A stretch of 64,000 nucleotides of DNA, taken from positions 9,362,001-9,426,000 of the forward strand of contig CM126233.1 of NCBI GenBank assembly GCA_052327205.1, in the 5' to 3' direction. The notes beneath the pieces are model-generated. The model had not been told where the DNA came from and ran no database searches. It saw only the letters and a program-made list of their open reading frames with translations. Made by a program: the position numbers and the translations under genes. Positions 1-12,788 of this stretch are shown here, piece by piece; the stretch's first letter is position 1, and each line of letters opens with the position of its first letter. This DNA is from Somniosus microcephalus. Lineage: Eukaryota.

Positions 1-268
1 TTCCCCCATAGAATCAACCAATTCAGGAGAAACTTCTTTACCCAGAGAGTGGTGAGAATGTGGAACTCGCTACCACAGGGAGTTGAGACGAATCATATAG
101 ATACATTGAGGGGGAAGATAGATAAACGCACAAGGGAGAAAGGAATAGAAGGTTATGCTGATGGAATGAGATGAAGAGGGGTGGGATGTGAAGCATAAAC
201 ACCGCCATAGACCTGTTGGGCCTAGCGGCCTGTTTCTGTGCTGTAAATGCTGTGTAATTGTGTGTAAA
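1..268 (+). mobile_element. CR1 LINE 3' end fragment (degenerate)
   Basis: Encodes FRRNFFTQRVVRMWNSLP-like ORF2 C-terminus, followed by the CR1 3' stem-loop (gggcctagcggcctgtttctgtgctgtaa) and a short tail repeat. Confidence 0.8.
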
Positions 269-698
269 TCACTCTCCTGGAGAGATCAGTGAAGTTCTTG
301 CGGCATTGCTTTGCTGCGCGTGAGGTGAGAGAGATGGCACTAACTGCCCAAACCATCTCCAGCCAGCGATCACAGGTGTCCTCGATGGGCACTTCCCCTC
401 ATGGTCAAACAGGAGCTCTGTCCGCGGCCTGTAATTGCCCCAGCTAAGGCTCTGTCAGATTAGGGACTCTGTGCTCAGCAGCCCCAGTCTCTGCCAGTAG
501 CATCGTGCAGCAAGGTTTTAGTTTAGTGGCCGGGCCCTTTAAGCGCTGCAGCTGCTTCCGATCCCCTCCCCCATCCCCAGCGGCACGCTCCCATTTGCCG
601 GGCGGGAATGCCTGCTGGCAGCCGACTCGGAATATACAACTGAGGCTGACCCGGAAAAGTCAGCAGGGTCAGCGCTGGGTCACAGGTTAATGCAGAAA

Positions 699-2725
699 TC
701 ACCCCGTTCTTCTATCCCCCCCTCACCCCGACCACCCCCCCCTCCGTTCCCCGGCTCCCTGCCCCCCCGTCCCTCCCTGTACCCCCGGTGTCCACTCTGT
801 CACCCCGTTCCTCTATCCCCCCCTCACCCCGACCACGCCCCCTCCGTTCCCCGGCTCCCTGCCCCCCCCCGTCCCTCCCTGTACCCCCGGTGTCCCCTCT
901 GTCACCCCGTTCCTCTATCCCCCCCTCACCCCGACCACCCCCCCTCCGTTCCCCGGTTCCCTGCCCCCCCCCGTCCCTCCCTGTATCCCCGGTGTCCCCC
1001 CTGTCACCCCGTTCTTCTATGCCCCCCTCACCCCGACCACCCCCCCTCCGTTCCCCGGTTCCCCGGCTCCCCCCGTCCCTCCCTGTACCCCGGTGTCCCC
1101 CCTGTCACCCCGTGCCTCTATCCCCCCCTCACCCCGACCACCCGCCCTCCGTTCCCCGGTTCCCTGCCCCCCCCCGTCCCTCCCTGTACCCCTGGTGTTC
1201 CCTCTGTCACCCCGTCCTTCTATCCCCCCATCACCCTGACCACCCCCCCTCCATTCCCCGGCTCCCCCCATCCCTCCCTGTACCCCCGGTGTCCCCTCTG
1301 TCACCCCGTGCCTCTATCCCCCCCTCACCCCGACCACCCGCCCTCCGTTTCCCAGTTCCCTGCCCCCCCGTCCCTCCCTGTATCCCCGGTGTCCCCTCTG
1401 TCACCCCGTGCCTCTATCCCCCCCTCACCCCGACCACCCCCCCTCCGTTCCCCGGCTCCCTGCCCCCCCGTCCCTCCCTGTACCCCCGGTGTCCCCTCTG
1501 TCACCCCGTCCTTCTATCCCCCCATCACCCTGACCACCCCCCCTCCGTTCCCCGGTTCCCTGCCCCCCCCCCCCGCCCCTCCCTGTACCCCCGGTCTCCC
1601 CCCTGTCACCCTGTTCCTCTATCCCCCCCCTCACCCCGACCATCCCCCCCCCATTCCCCGGTTCCCTGCCCCCCCGTCCCTCCCTGTACCCCCGGTGTCC
1701 CCTCTGTCACCCCGTGCCTCTATCCCCCCTCACCCCGACCACCCCCCCTCCGTTTCCCGGTTCCCTGCACCCCCCCCCGTCCCTCCCTGTACCCCCGGTG
1801 TCCCCTCTGTCACCCCGTTCCTCTATCCCCCCCTCACCCCGACCACCCCCCCTCCGTTCCCCGGTTCCCTGCCCCCCCCGTCCCTCCCTGTACCCCCGGT
1901 GTCCCCTCTGTCACCCCGTTCCTCTATCCCCCCCTCACCCCGACCATCCCCCCTCCATTCCCCGGTTCCCTGCCCCCCCCGTCCCTCCCTGTACCCCCGG
2001 TCTCCCCCCTGTCACCCTGTTCCTCTATCCCCCCCTCACCCCGACCATCCCCCCTCCATTCCCCGGTTCCCTGCCCCCCGTCCCTCCCTGTACCCCCGGT
2101 CTCCCCCCTGTCACCCTGTTCCTCTATCCCCCCCTCACCCCGACCATCCCCCCTCCATTCCCCGGTTCCCTGCCCCCCCGTCCCTCCCTGTACCCCCGGT
2201 GTCCCCTCTGTCACCCCGTGCCTCTATCCCCCCCTCACCCCGACCATCCCCCCTCCATTCCCCGGTTCCCTGCACCCCCCCCCCGTCCCTCCCTGTACCC
2301 CCGGTGTCCACTCTGTCACCCCGTGCCTCTATCCCCCCCTCACCCCGACCATCCCCCCTCCGTTCCCCGGTTCCCTGCCCCCCCCCGTCCCTCCCTGTAC
2401 CCCCGGTCTCCCCCCTGTCACCCCGTGCCTCTATCCCCCCCTCACCCTGACCATCCCCCCTCCATTCCCCGGTTCCCTGCCCCCCCGTCCCTCCCTGTAC
2501 CCCCGGTGTCCCCTCTGTCACCCCGTGCCTCTATCCCCCCCTCACCCCGACCACCCCCCCCTCCGTTTCCCGGTTCCCTGCCCCCCGTCCCTCCCTGTAC
2601 CCCCGGTGTCCCCTCTGTCACACCGTTCCTCTATCCCCCCCTCACCCGAACCCCCCCCCCCTCCGTTCCCCGGTTCACTGGCTCCCCCGCCCCTCCCTGT
2701 ACCCCGGTCTCCCCCCTGTCACCCC
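699..2725. repeat. C-rich minisatellite, ~100-102 bp unit, ~20 copies
   Basis: Unit tcaccccgttcctctatcccccctcaccccgaccacccccctccgttccccggttccctgccccccgtccctccctgtacccccggtgtcccctctg starts at 699, 800, 902, 1004 and onward; length variation is in the C-runs; grades into C-rich low complexity to ~2885. Confidence 0.95.
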
Positions 2726-4387
2726 ATCCCCCCGATTCCTCCTCTGTCCTTCGTCCCCTGTCCCCCATATCCCCTGTTCCCACCCCACCCGGCCTCCCCT
2801 CTGTCCCCTCCATCCACCTCGTTCACCCCCCCCCCACCCCGGCCCTGCCCTATCCCCCCAATTCCCCCCCTTTCCCTCATCCCATCGCTGATCTGATAGC
2901 GACCAGTGTTCCTGCAAACGCCCATCTGTGGAAACCCACCTCAGCCGATGAGCGAGCGGTTCGGAAGAGTGGCCAAGCTGTCCATAAAGAAAACCGGATT
3001 ATCCCTTAAACAATGCCTAAATATCTCCTGCAAGCTGTATCTATCGCCCACTGCTCGGGTCATCCTCTTAGTGTTTGTGTAGAACCAGACTGATTGTGTA
3101 TTTTATTCTGCCTATTTGAGTTAGAGAAGTAGAAATGTAGTTATTTAGCCATAACACATTCTAACAGCAGGGAGATAAAGTAGCCATCCTGGAAGGGACG
3201 GTATGTTAATTCTGGAGCAGGTACTCTGTACATTAATAACCCATTGAAAGTGAAAATGTGGACTGCTGGGTTTACACATGCAGAATGCGCGGCCTCTACT
3301 GAGCCCCACTGTGAGAGAATTGACAGCACTATGAATTTTCTCTCGCGGAATATCCATCTCAATTTTTGTCCTTTTCTCTGCCAGGACATTGATTAAAGAC
3401 TCGGGGAGCACCTGCAGCAACTGATCAATGGTATCTGGCACTTGCCATTGTCAGTAGTGAGCAGTATATATATTAAGGACACAGGGAAACAACAGAACTC
3501 ACAGACAATGAGCTTGTGATGCACAGCAGGGCGCCGTGGTCACCGACTCGTTTCTATTAATAGAACAAAGCAAAAAGCAGAGCGAGTGGTTTGAGAATTT
3601 AGGCGATGCAGTGTTGGATTCCCAAACACTGCTTTGTGACAAATAGGATTAAAGCCCAGAAGCAATCATTTAGTTGGACTCAAGCTGATCTAAGTGACGC
3701 TCACCAAATCCCAATTTGACACAACCCAATTTACCACAAACGTCTTCCATTTTAATCTTTGATGACACTCCAACCCATTTTATTTTCACTCAAACTAACG
3801 ATTGTGGCTAAATAGGGGAGAGCAGGAATTTCGGACTTGGCCCGTTGACTCCAGTTGGTGAGCTGTTTTGATTCTCCATCAAACGCCGATTGTTGAACTG
3901 TAACTGGCTCTGAGCTCGGTCACTGAGGGAGACATCTTCCTGCATTCGAAGACATCCAGAAGGAATCTTTGTGCCCTCTCAGGATTTACGACCCGTGAAT
4001 GGAATGGTGAGCTCGCTTTTGAAATATGCGATTCCTGAGAATGCGCTTTCATTAGCGGGAACAGAACCAAATAGCAGGCCATTCACAGCACACCGATAAT
4101 AAAGATACTTCAACACGTCCCAAGGCTACCTCAACGGGCTACTTAACAAGCATAGATTTCAAAATGGCCACTAATCCGACTGTGGAATGTGCGATTTGGG
4201 AGGATGATGAATCAACCAAGTTTGAGAAAAGGTCATTTTACTGACCAGCCCTTGGACAATTCAGAAACTCTGCTCTGCAGAAAGAGGGGCTCATTTCTGG
4301 TGGGGAGAATAGACCTTCAATGTGGAAAGGTGTGGCCGTACATCAATGGAAAGAGCCAACATGGGTATCAAGGAGTAGCAAGAGTTG

Positions 4388-6901
4388 AAACATAGAAACA
4401 TAAAAACATAGAGATAGGAACAGGAGTAGGCCATTCGGCCCTTCGAGCCTGCTCCGCCATTCAATGAGATCATGGCTGATCTTCGTCTGAGATCTTAGCT
4501 GATCTTACCAGTTCAGTACCCCGTCCCCGCCTTTTCTCCGTAACCCTTAATCCCCTTAGCCTTCAGAAATATATCCAATTCTCTCTTGAAAATATTTATT
4601 GAATTAGCCTTCACAGCCCTCTGTGGCAGGGAATTCCACAGGCTCACCACTCTTTGAGTGAAGAAATTCTTCCTCATCTCTGTTTTAAATGATTTGCCCG
4701 CTATTTTTAGACTGTGGCCCCTGGTTCTGTGCTCCCCTGCCATTGGAAACATTCTCTCTGAATTCAGCCTGTCCAGGCCTGCCATAATTTTATATGTTTC
4801 GATGAGATCCCCTCTCAATCTTCTAAACTCCAGTGAGTACAAGCCCAAACTATTCAATCTCTCCTCGTAGGTCATTCCCGCCATTCCAGGTATCAGCCTG
4901 GTGAATCGCCGCTGCACTCTTTCCATGGCAAGAACATCCTTCCGCAGATGGGGCGACCAAAACTGTACACAATACTCCAGATGCGGTCTCACCAGCACCT
5001 TGTACAGCTGTAGTAAGGTATCCCTATTCCTATACTCGAACCCCCTTGATATGAAGGCCAACATACCATTTGCCTTCTTAATCGCCTGTTGCACCTGCAT
5101 GCTCTCCTTCAGTGACTGGTGCACAAGAACACCCAGGTCCCTCTGCACTTCCCCATCTCCCAATCTATTGCCATTTAGATAATAATCTACCCTCCTGTTT
5201 TTACCCCCAAAGTGGATAACCTCGCATTTATCCACATTATAGTGCATCTGCCACGTATCCGCCCATTCCCCCAACCTGTCCAAATCGCACTGTAGCCTCC
5301 TGACATCCTCATCAGAGCCCACCCCTCCTCCTAGTTTAGTGTCGTCAGCGAATTTGGAAATATTGCATCCAATTCCCTGATCCAGATCATTTATATATAT
5401 TGTGAACAGCTGGGGTCCCAGGACAGATCCTTGCGGCACCCCGCTGGTCACTGCCTGCCACTCCGAAAACGAGCCGTTTATTCCAACTCTCTGTTTTCTA
5501 TCCGCCAGCCAGTTCTCTATCCACGTTAATACTTTGCCCCCAATCCCATGAGCCTTAATTTTGCATGATAATCTTTTGTGTGGAACCTTATCGAAGGCTT
5601 TCTGGAAGTCAAGGTACACCACATCCACTGGCTCTCCCCCATCTATTTTACCAGTTACTTCCTCAAAAAATTCCAGCAGATTAGTCAAACACGATTTACC
5701 CTTTGTAAATCCATGTTGACTCTGTCCGATCCTTTCCCCATTTGTCAAGTGCTCCGCTATTTTATCCTTAATAATGGACTCTAGCATTTTGCCCACAACC
5801 GATGTAAGGCTTACTGGTCTATAATTCCCTGCTTTCTCTCTACCCCCCTTTTTAAATATTGGGGTAACATTAGCTACCCTCCAATCCACGGGTACTGTTC
5901 CCGAGTCAATGGAGTTCCGGAAGATGATCCTTAGAGCATCTGCTATCTCCAGGGCCACCTCCTTAAGTACCCTAGGATGTAGTTTATCAGGCCCCGGGGA
6001 TTTGTCGGCCTTCAGTCCCCTCAACTTACCCAACACCATATCCCTAGAGATACTAATTTCTGTCAGCTCCTCCCTCTCATTAGTCCCTATGTTTGCCGAT
6101 ATTCCTGGGAGGTTATTTGTGTCCTCCTTTGTGAATACAGAACCAAAGTATGAGTTTAATTGGTCTGCCATTTCCTTATTCTCCATTATATATTCTCCCG
6201 AATCGGACTGCAAGGGACCGACTTGGGATTTTACCAGTCTTTTCCTCCTGATATACCGATAAAAGCTTTTGCAGTCTGTCTTTATGTTTGCTGCAAGTTT
6301 ACTTTCGTATTCTATTTTCCCCTTCCTGATTAATCCCTTTGTCCTCTTTTGCTGTATCCTGTACTGCCCCCAATCTTCCGGTCTGCTGCTTTTTTTTGCC
6401 AGTTGATATGCCCTTTTTTTTGATTTTATGCTGTCCCTAATTTCCCTCGTTATCCACGGTTGAGCCACCTTTTTAGGTTTATTTTTATGCCAAACCGGTA
6501 TAAACATGTTCTGGAATTCTTCCATTCTATCTTTGAATGCTTGCCATTGTCTATCCACTGTCAATCCCCCCAGAAACACCACCCAATCAATCTTACCCAA
6601 TTCCCGTCTCATACCCTCGTAATTCCCTTTATTTAAGTTCTGGACCTTAGTCTCTGATTCAATTTCCTCACTCTCCATCTCGACTGAGAGCTCGATCATA
6701 TTATGATCGCTCTGACCCAAGGGGCCTCGTACAAGAAGATTGTTGATAAGTCCCTTCTCATTGCACAATACCCAGTCTAAAATGGCCTGATCTCGAGTCG
6801 GCTCCTCGACATATTGGTCCAGATAACCGTCCCGAAAACATTCCAGGAATTCCTCCTCCTCAGAATTTTTACTAATTTGGGTAGTCCAATCAATATGTAA
6901 G
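4388..6901 (-). mobile_element. Young 5'-truncated CR1 (HER1-like) LINE
   Basis: Uninterrupted ORF2 from LHIDW (just after the GDFN motif) to the stop; 3' UTR stem-loop and (tttctatg)n-type tail at 4388-4470. Confidence 0.95.
4513..6900 (-). CDS. CR1 ORF2, partial (C-terminal part of APE endonuclease plus reverse transcriptase)
   Basis: Motifs NYRPVSLTS, QHGF, YLDFQKAFDKV, GVPQGSVLGP, KFADDTK, RPHLEYCVQFW; no stops over ~796 codons; the N-terminal ~44 aa of the listed 839-aa ORF is flanking read-through. Confidence 0.9.
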   Translation of the reverse strand, partial: LHIDWTTQISKNSEEEEFLECFRDGYLDQYVEEPTRDQAILDWVLCNEKGLINNLLVRGPLGQSDHNMIELSVEMESEEIESETKVQNLNKGNYEGMRRELGKIDWVVFLGGLTVDRQWQAFKDRMEEFQNMFIPVWHKNKPKKVAQPWITREIRDSIKSKKRAYQLAKKSSRPEDWGQYRIQQKRTKGLIRKGKIEYESKLAANIKTDCKSFYRYIRRKRLVKSQVGPLQSDSGEYIMENKEMADQLNSYFGSVFTKEDTNNLPGISANIGTNEREELTEISISRDMVLGKLRGLKADKSPGPDKLHPRVLKEVALEIADALRIIFRNSIDSGTVPVDWRVANVTPIFKKGGREKAGNYRPVSLTSVVGKMLESIIKDKIAEHLTNGERIGQSQHGFTKGKSCLTNLLEFFEEVTGKIDGGEPVDVVYLDFQKAFDKVPHKRLSCKIKAHGIGGKVLTWIENWLADRKQRVGINGSFSEWQAVTSGVPQGSVLGPQLFTIYINDLDQGIGCNISKFADDTKLGGGVGSDEDVRRLQCDLDRLGEWADTWQMHYNVDKCEVIHFGGKNRRVDYYLNGNRLGDGEVQRDLGVLVHQSLKESMQVQQAIKKANGMLAFISRGFEYRNRDTLLQLYKVLVRPHLEYCVQFWSPHLRKDVLAMERVQRRFTRLIPGMAGMTYEERLNSLGLYSLEFRRLRGDLIETYKIMAGLDRLNSERMFPMAGEHRTRGHSLKIAGKSFKTEMRKNFFTQRVVSLWNSLPQRAVKANSINIFKRELDIFLKAKGIKGYGEKAGTGY

Positions 6902-7035
6902 AAGAGTACCAGGGTAAGGGATGGGTATAAAGTAGTAGCGCAACAGATATATGGCCAGGAAGTAAAGAAGGGGTTAAAGATATATGGAAAACTCAGTGCA
7001 CTAACAGAAAGATGACAGCAGGGATGTAACAAGTA

Positions 7036-7456
7036 AGAAAGAAAGAACTTGCATTTCTATAATGCCTTTCGTAACCTTCAGATGTCCCAAAGCACTTTGG
7101 AAGTGTAGTCACTGTTGTAATGTAGGTAAACACAGCAACCAATTTACACACAGCAAGATCCCACAAATAGCAATGAGCAATTAACTAGTTTCAGTGATGT
7201 TGGTTGAGGGATAAATGTTGGCCAGGACACCAGGAGAACTCCTTACTCTGCTTCAAATAAGGGTGTTGGATCTTTTACACACACTTGAGCAGGCAAACTG
7301 GATATTAGTTTAACGTCTCATCTGAAAGACGGCACCTCCAACAGTGCAGTACTCCCTCAGCACGACACTGGAGGTGCTGAAGTCTTTGACTGGGGACAGA
7401 ACCCACGACCTTCTGACTCAGAGGAGGGGGGGGAAGAGTTACCACTGAGCCCAGCT
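7036..7456 (-). mobile_element. tRNA-headed Deu-domain SINE (SacSINE1-like)
   Basis: Core gagggataaatnttggccaggacacc and gtttaacgtctcatcngaaagacggcacctcc shared with ~8 other copies in the window; tRNA-like head with A/B boxes; L2-like tail aaatgcaagttctttct. Confidence 0.85.
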
Positions 7457-7543
7457 GAAGTCAAATTGAAATGTTCTACAAATTACATTAATGCATCATA
7501 ATGGGAGAGTGAACATAACTTCCATCAGACACATCATCCTCTC

Positions 7544-7727
7544 TGTTATGTTCATAAATAAATAGACGTTTTCATTATGAACAGCTAGCTTGAGCTAGTC
7601 ATTTATTCAGCCATGTGGACTAGTGTACAGGCATCCATCTTGACTACTGCCTTGTGGGTAGCCCACTACTAAACATACAGCTCCACCTAGTGTACCATTC
7701 TAGAATGACATGTTACTGATCATTACA
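7544..7727 (-). repeat. 3' LTR of Gypsy A
   Basis: 184-bp direct repeat of 11880-12061, adjacent to the polypurine tract. Confidence 0.95.
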
Positions 7728-7868
7728 TCCCCCTTCCTTAGAGGTTAAACAAAATCAATATCAATCAATCATAATGACATAAACATCTTCACAACAGTCA
7801 ACACATTTTCAAAGCTTTACTTTATGAACTCTAAGCTTTTCATTCTTTTATTATAGTTTTCTTTGTAC

Positions 7869-10800
7869 TCAAAGATTAAGTCTATCAGGCTTTTTTACTT
7901 CACGTGTGGATCTTCTCAGCACAGATAAGTCTGATGTGTTTTCATGAGAGCCTGTATGTGTGTTTGTGTTAGATTGTTCTGGTGGTGAGTGACAAGATTC
8001 AGTTGCGGCATTGTCATCGATTTGCTCTTGGATAGTTTCTTGTGTTTTCAGGAGGGAACGGCGGTTCCTCCTGAGAATCTGTCCTTCCTCAGTTCTAACG
8101 GTGTATGACCTTGGTCCTACTTCCTCAAGAACTGTAGCTTTCCTGTTCCATGCATTTGGGTCCTCAATCCTGACAACATCATCCCTTGTCAATGGTTTCA
8201 GAGTTTTGAATGACTTGTCATAGTGTGATTTCTGTTTCAGCTTTAACAGTTGAAGTCTCTGTCTTAGTTCCTTACTCTGCTTTTCTTTTGCACAGCAGGG
8301 TAGCGTGGTGCGCAACTTGCGACCCATTAGGAGTTCAGCAGGTGAAGAACCAAAGTCTAAAGGGGAGGCTCGGTAGCTCAGCAGGGCGAGATAAGGATCA
8401 GACTTGCTTTCTGTTGCTTTCTTCAGTAGCTGTTTGAGAACTTGAACACCTTTCTCTGCCTTACCATTCGACTGAGCATACAGAGGACTGGATGTGACGT
8501 GTTGAAAGTCATAATGTGCTGCAAACTGTTGCCACTCCTTACAGTTAAAGCACGGACCATTGTTGCTAACGGCAATCCTGGGAATTCCATGTCTGGCGAA
8601 GATGGATTTAACATGCATTATGACACTGCTTGCTGATGTGCTTGAGAGCAGCGCCATCTCAGGATAGTTAGAATAGTAGTCAATCACTATTAGATAGTCT
8701 TTACCATTCAAATGAAAGAGGTCCATACCAACCTTTTGCCATGGTGCTGTTGGTAAGTCAGCTACTATCATTGGTTCCTTTGCTTGTTTGTTTTGGTGTT
8801 TCTGACATGTCTCACATATGCCTATCATGTTCTCAATGTCCTTATTTATGCCAGGCCAATAAACAGTGTCTCTTGCTCTCCTTTTGCATTTTTCAATTCC
8901 GAGGTGTCCCTCATGAATCCTTTTGAGCATGTCTTGACGTAGAGCCTGTGGAATGACTATTCTGTTCTGTTTTAGTAATAGCCCACTTGCGACACTTAAC
9001 TCTGACCTGATGTGATAGTACTTTGAACAGGAACCTTTTGGCCAACCATGATGAATGTTCTCTATTCCTGTTTGTAACACTGTATCTTTTCCTGTTTCTT
9101 CTGCTATTTGCTTTGATTTTGTGTCTGACACGGGCAGCGCAGCAGTGACCATACTCACATGAACATCCACGTCTTCCTCAGTAGAGCTCACATGACTCAT
9201 TATGGGTGCTCGGGATAGTGCATCTGCTAACACTATGTGTTTGCCTGGTGTGTAGATCAGTTCAAAGTCATATCTTTGCAGCTTCATCATGAGTCGTTGA
9301 ATCCTTGGAGACATCTCATTCAGGTTTTTTTTAATGATGGCAACCAGTGGGCAGTGGTCTGTCTCAACTGTGAAGGTGGGAAGTCCATATATGTAGCCAT
9401 GGAACTTTTCTAGTCCAACTACCAAGCCTAGACATTCCTTTTCAATCTGGGCGTATCGACACTCAGAGTCAGTCAGAGACCTGGAGACATAGGCAACAGG
9501 CTTCCAATCTTCACCCTCTGCTTGTAGCAAGACCGCGCCTAGGCCATCTTTTGATGCATCTGTTGACACTTTGATTCTCTTTGCTGGGTCAAAGAAGGTG
9601 AGTACAGGTGTGGTTGTCAGCACTGTTTTGATGTTCATCCACTCTTGTTCATGTCTTTCTGTCCATGCGAACTCATTTGTTTTATGTAGCAGGTCTCGCA
9701 GACAGGCTGTCTTGGCTGACAAGTTAGGAATGCACTTTCCAATGAAGTTTATCATCCCCATGATGCGTAGCACTTCTTTTTTGTCAGTGGGTCGGGGGGC
9801 ATGTTGAGTATGGCGTTTACTTTTTCCATATCTGGCTCTATTCCTTTACCAGATAGATTATCTCCTAGGAAAGTGACTTCCTGGACGCCAAACTGACACT
9901 TGGCTTTGTTGAGCTTCAGTCCATTCCGGCGTATGCTCTGTAGCACTTTAGTCAGTCTCTCATTGTGTTCTTTCAGTGTGGAGCCCCAGATGATGATGTC
10001 ATCAACATAGACCCGAACTCCTTCCAGACCTTCAATTATGTGTTCCATCGCTCTATGAAAGATTTCAGATGCAGATATTATCCCGAAAGGCATTCTGAGG
10101 AAACAATACCTGCCAAATGGTGTGTTGAAGGTACAGTATTTGGTGCTCTCTTCATCCAGTTTTAGTTGCCAAAATCCTTGTGAGGCATCGAGCTTTGTGA
10201 AGTATCTGGCACCTGACATTTCACTGGTGATTTCTTCTCGCTTGGGAATCTGGTAGTGTTCACGTTTTATGTTTGCATTTAAGTCCTTTGGATCCATGCA
10301 TACTCTTAGATCATTGTTCTTTTTCTTTACACATACCATGGAGTTAACCCAGTCTGTTGGCTCTTCGACTTTCCTGATGGCTCCTAGTGTGGTCATTCTG
10401 TCCAGTTCGTTCTTGAGCCGGTCACACAGGGGTGCTGGTACTCTCCATGGAGCATGTACCACTGGCTGAGCATTCTCCTTTAGCTGGATCTTGTAAGAGA
10501 ATGGTAGAACTCCAAATCCATTGAACACATCCTGGAAATTACTCACTACAGAATCCACTGAGTCATCTGGTCTGCTTATGGCACAGTTTATACGGTAGAC
10601 TCTCTTGACCAGTTCTAAGTCCTCACAAGCTTTGTCACCTAGTAGTGAATCAAGTCCTTCAGCCACAACAGAAAACATGAGATGATGCACTTTGTCTTTG
10701 ACTGTCACTTTAAGTCTGCATACACCTAAGCTATCTATTTTCTGTCCATTATAGTTCTTCAGTAGTACTGACATTTTCTGTATTTTGGGCTTTTCTTTCA

Positions 10801-11846
10801 TATTTTTAATGTCACTCATACTGATTAAGTTTGCTTTTGCCCCAGTGTCTAGTTTCAATGTAACTAATGCTCCATTTACCTGCAGTGGCATCATCCATTT
10901 GTCCTCTTTTACTGCATTAACTTTATGTTCAGCATTGTCCATTCCTGAGGGCTGCACATTTTCTGTATCCTTTTCGATATTGTCACATGACACCATTCCT
11001 ACAAAAAATGTCTCACTTAAATCAGTGTCCTCAATCACATTGACTTGTTGCCCTTTCTTTGTTTTTACTTTTGAAAAGCATTGTTTGGCAAAGTGATTCT
11101 TTCCATTACATTTTGTGCACATTTTTCCAAACGCTGGGCATTGTCTTGACTGGTGCTGGTAACCACAATGTTTACAATTAAAAATTCCATCCTCTGATTG
11201 CTTTGCATTTCTGTTCTGCCCATTTTTCTTCCCCTTGTAGGACATAGCACCGACAGCAGCACAGTCACTCATTACAGTCGCATTATTATTAATTTCACTG
11301 AAAGTCTTTGCGTGCTGTTGAGCTAGCTCACTGGCATGGCATATTTTCACAGCATCCTTCAATGTTCGTTCGGTTTCTCTCAACAAACGTTCCCTGACTT
11401 TTTTTATCATGAATACCAAACACAATCTGGTCACGAATCATGGATGATTTCAGTTCAGAGAAATTACATGTCTGTGCTTTCAGTTTCAGATCGGTCACAA
11501 AGCTATCAAAAGCCTAATTTTGCTGCTGTGTCCGTGAATGGAACACGTACCTCTCAGAGGTCTCGTTCTTTTTGGGAGAACAATGTGTATCAAACTTCTT
11601 TAGCACATCGTCCATTTTTTCTCTGTCCTCCTCTTGATCAAATACAAACGTATTAAATACCTCTATCGCCTGCGGGCCTGCAACCATGAGCAGTAACGCT
11701 ATTTTCCTTGCATCTGGCTTTGTACCGAACCCGATGGCAGCAATATAGAGTTCGAATTGTTGTTTGAAAGTCCGCCAATTGCAGTCGACATTCCCCATGA
11801 GTTTCAAACCCTCCAGTGGCTTCAAATTCTCCATGTCATGTTTCAC
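7869..11846 (-). pseudogene. Frameshifted gag-pol of Gypsy A (Gag CCHC x2, protease, RT, RNase H, integrase)
   Basis: Pieces 11514-11846, 9752-11434 and 7869-9773; CKHCGYQHQSRQC/CTKCNGKNHFAKQC, LDTGA, YVDD, TDASKDG, HEGHLG..C..C, GMDLF, SNNG (catalytic D lost), GKAE. Confidence 0.93.
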
Positions 11847-11879
11847 AATATTCAGCAGATACTACCACTTCTGGTACCA

Positions 11880-12061
11880 TGTTATGTTCATAAATAAATA
11901 GACATTTTCATTATGAACAGCTAGCTTGAGCTAGTCATTTATTCAGCCATGTGGACTAGTGTACAGGCATCCATCTTGACTACTACCTTGTGGGTAGCCC
12001 ACTGCTAAACATAAAGCTCCACCTAGTATACCATTCTAGAATGACGTTACTGATCATTACA
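11880..12061 (-). repeat. 5' LTR of Gypsy A
   Basis: 182-bp direct repeat, adjacent to the PBS. Confidence 0.95.
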
Positions 12062-12788
12062 CTCTCATTCCTCCCTGCTCTTATAGGTAAAGGCTAAACT
12101 TGGATATAATTAGATGTGGAAGTGTGGAATTGATGGTAAACTCTAGATGCCACACTCTTTACATGCAAGCTGTGGGAGGGCTGTTTGGGAGGGTGAGTGT
12201 GTTAGGCGTGGGGCGTGCAAAGATTGTGGGGTGGGGGAGATCAAACTATATTATTCAGATATTCTATGCTTTGTATGATACATTGGGTCAACATGTGCAC
12301 GCCACAATTGTGCAAAAATGTGCAAGTGCATCTGATGAAAAAGCAGCATCCGATTGGATAAGCCTGCTTATTTATTAATAATATATCATCTGTTCTACTC
12401 CCCGAGTAGGGAGATCCCAGGAACCTCATCAATGCACCAACTATCATCACCCCCACTAAAAACACACAGTGCAGGAGCTTAACTAACTGGTTACTGAGGA
12501 CGCAGAGGGCGAGTGACAGAGCGCTGATGAGGAACAGGTAGCAGTGGAGGAACTACAAGAGGTCCAGGATGTTGAATGCTCCTCCTGTGTGATGCTATAG
12601 ATCTTAGTGAGCCTGCTTTCTGACAGAGGCTGATACACCACCAACACTGTACTGAGGAGTCATTTGTCTCCTTGCCCATATACACTGGCATCTCCTATAC
12701 TCGTTGCTCTATGAGAGATCAGTGCGCCTCCAGGGGTGGCAGTACAGCATGCTGGTGGTGGCTGGAAAGTTGAGGGAGGAATTGATCT

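Larger units (their letters stand above)
7544..12061 (-). mobile_element. Full-length defective Ty3/Gypsy LTR retrotransposon (element A)
   Basis: LTRs at 7544-7727 and 11880-12061 (TG..CA; 5 substitutions plus one 2-bp indel); TSD CTCTC; PBS TGGTACCAGAAGTGG matching a tRNA-Leu(TAA)-type 3' end; PPT at 7728-7740. Confidence 0.97.

Noticed and set aside
690-3009. Long proline-rich ORFs (586, 702 and 431 aa) as extensin- or formin-like genes
   Set aside because: Open in all three frames only because the C-rich minisatellite lacks stop codons; unit lengths vary without preserving frame
2960-3441. Minus-strand ORFs (98 aa at 3145-3441 and ~50 aa near 2942-3090) as host exons
   Set aside because: No recognisable domain and no convincing splice sites in that orientation
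3552-3565. 14-bp palindrome TTCTATTAATAGAA (MEF2-like)
   Set aside because: A single AT-rich motif; I cannot distinguish it from chance without conservation data
4379-6908. AAGAGT as the TSD of the young CR1
   Set aside because: Only 6 bp, and offset by a few bases from the inferred element ends; not reliable
6901-7032. Hydrophobic N-terminal extension of the 839-aa CR1 ORF
   Set aside because: CR1 similarity stops at LHIDW (~6900); upstream codons are chance read-through into flanking DNA from a non-ATG start
9752-9790. Programmed frameshifts in Gypsy A and B
   Set aside because: Breaks fall inside conserved domains (gag, RT, integrase) rather than at a gag/pol junction, and accompany other damaging substitutions, so they are decay
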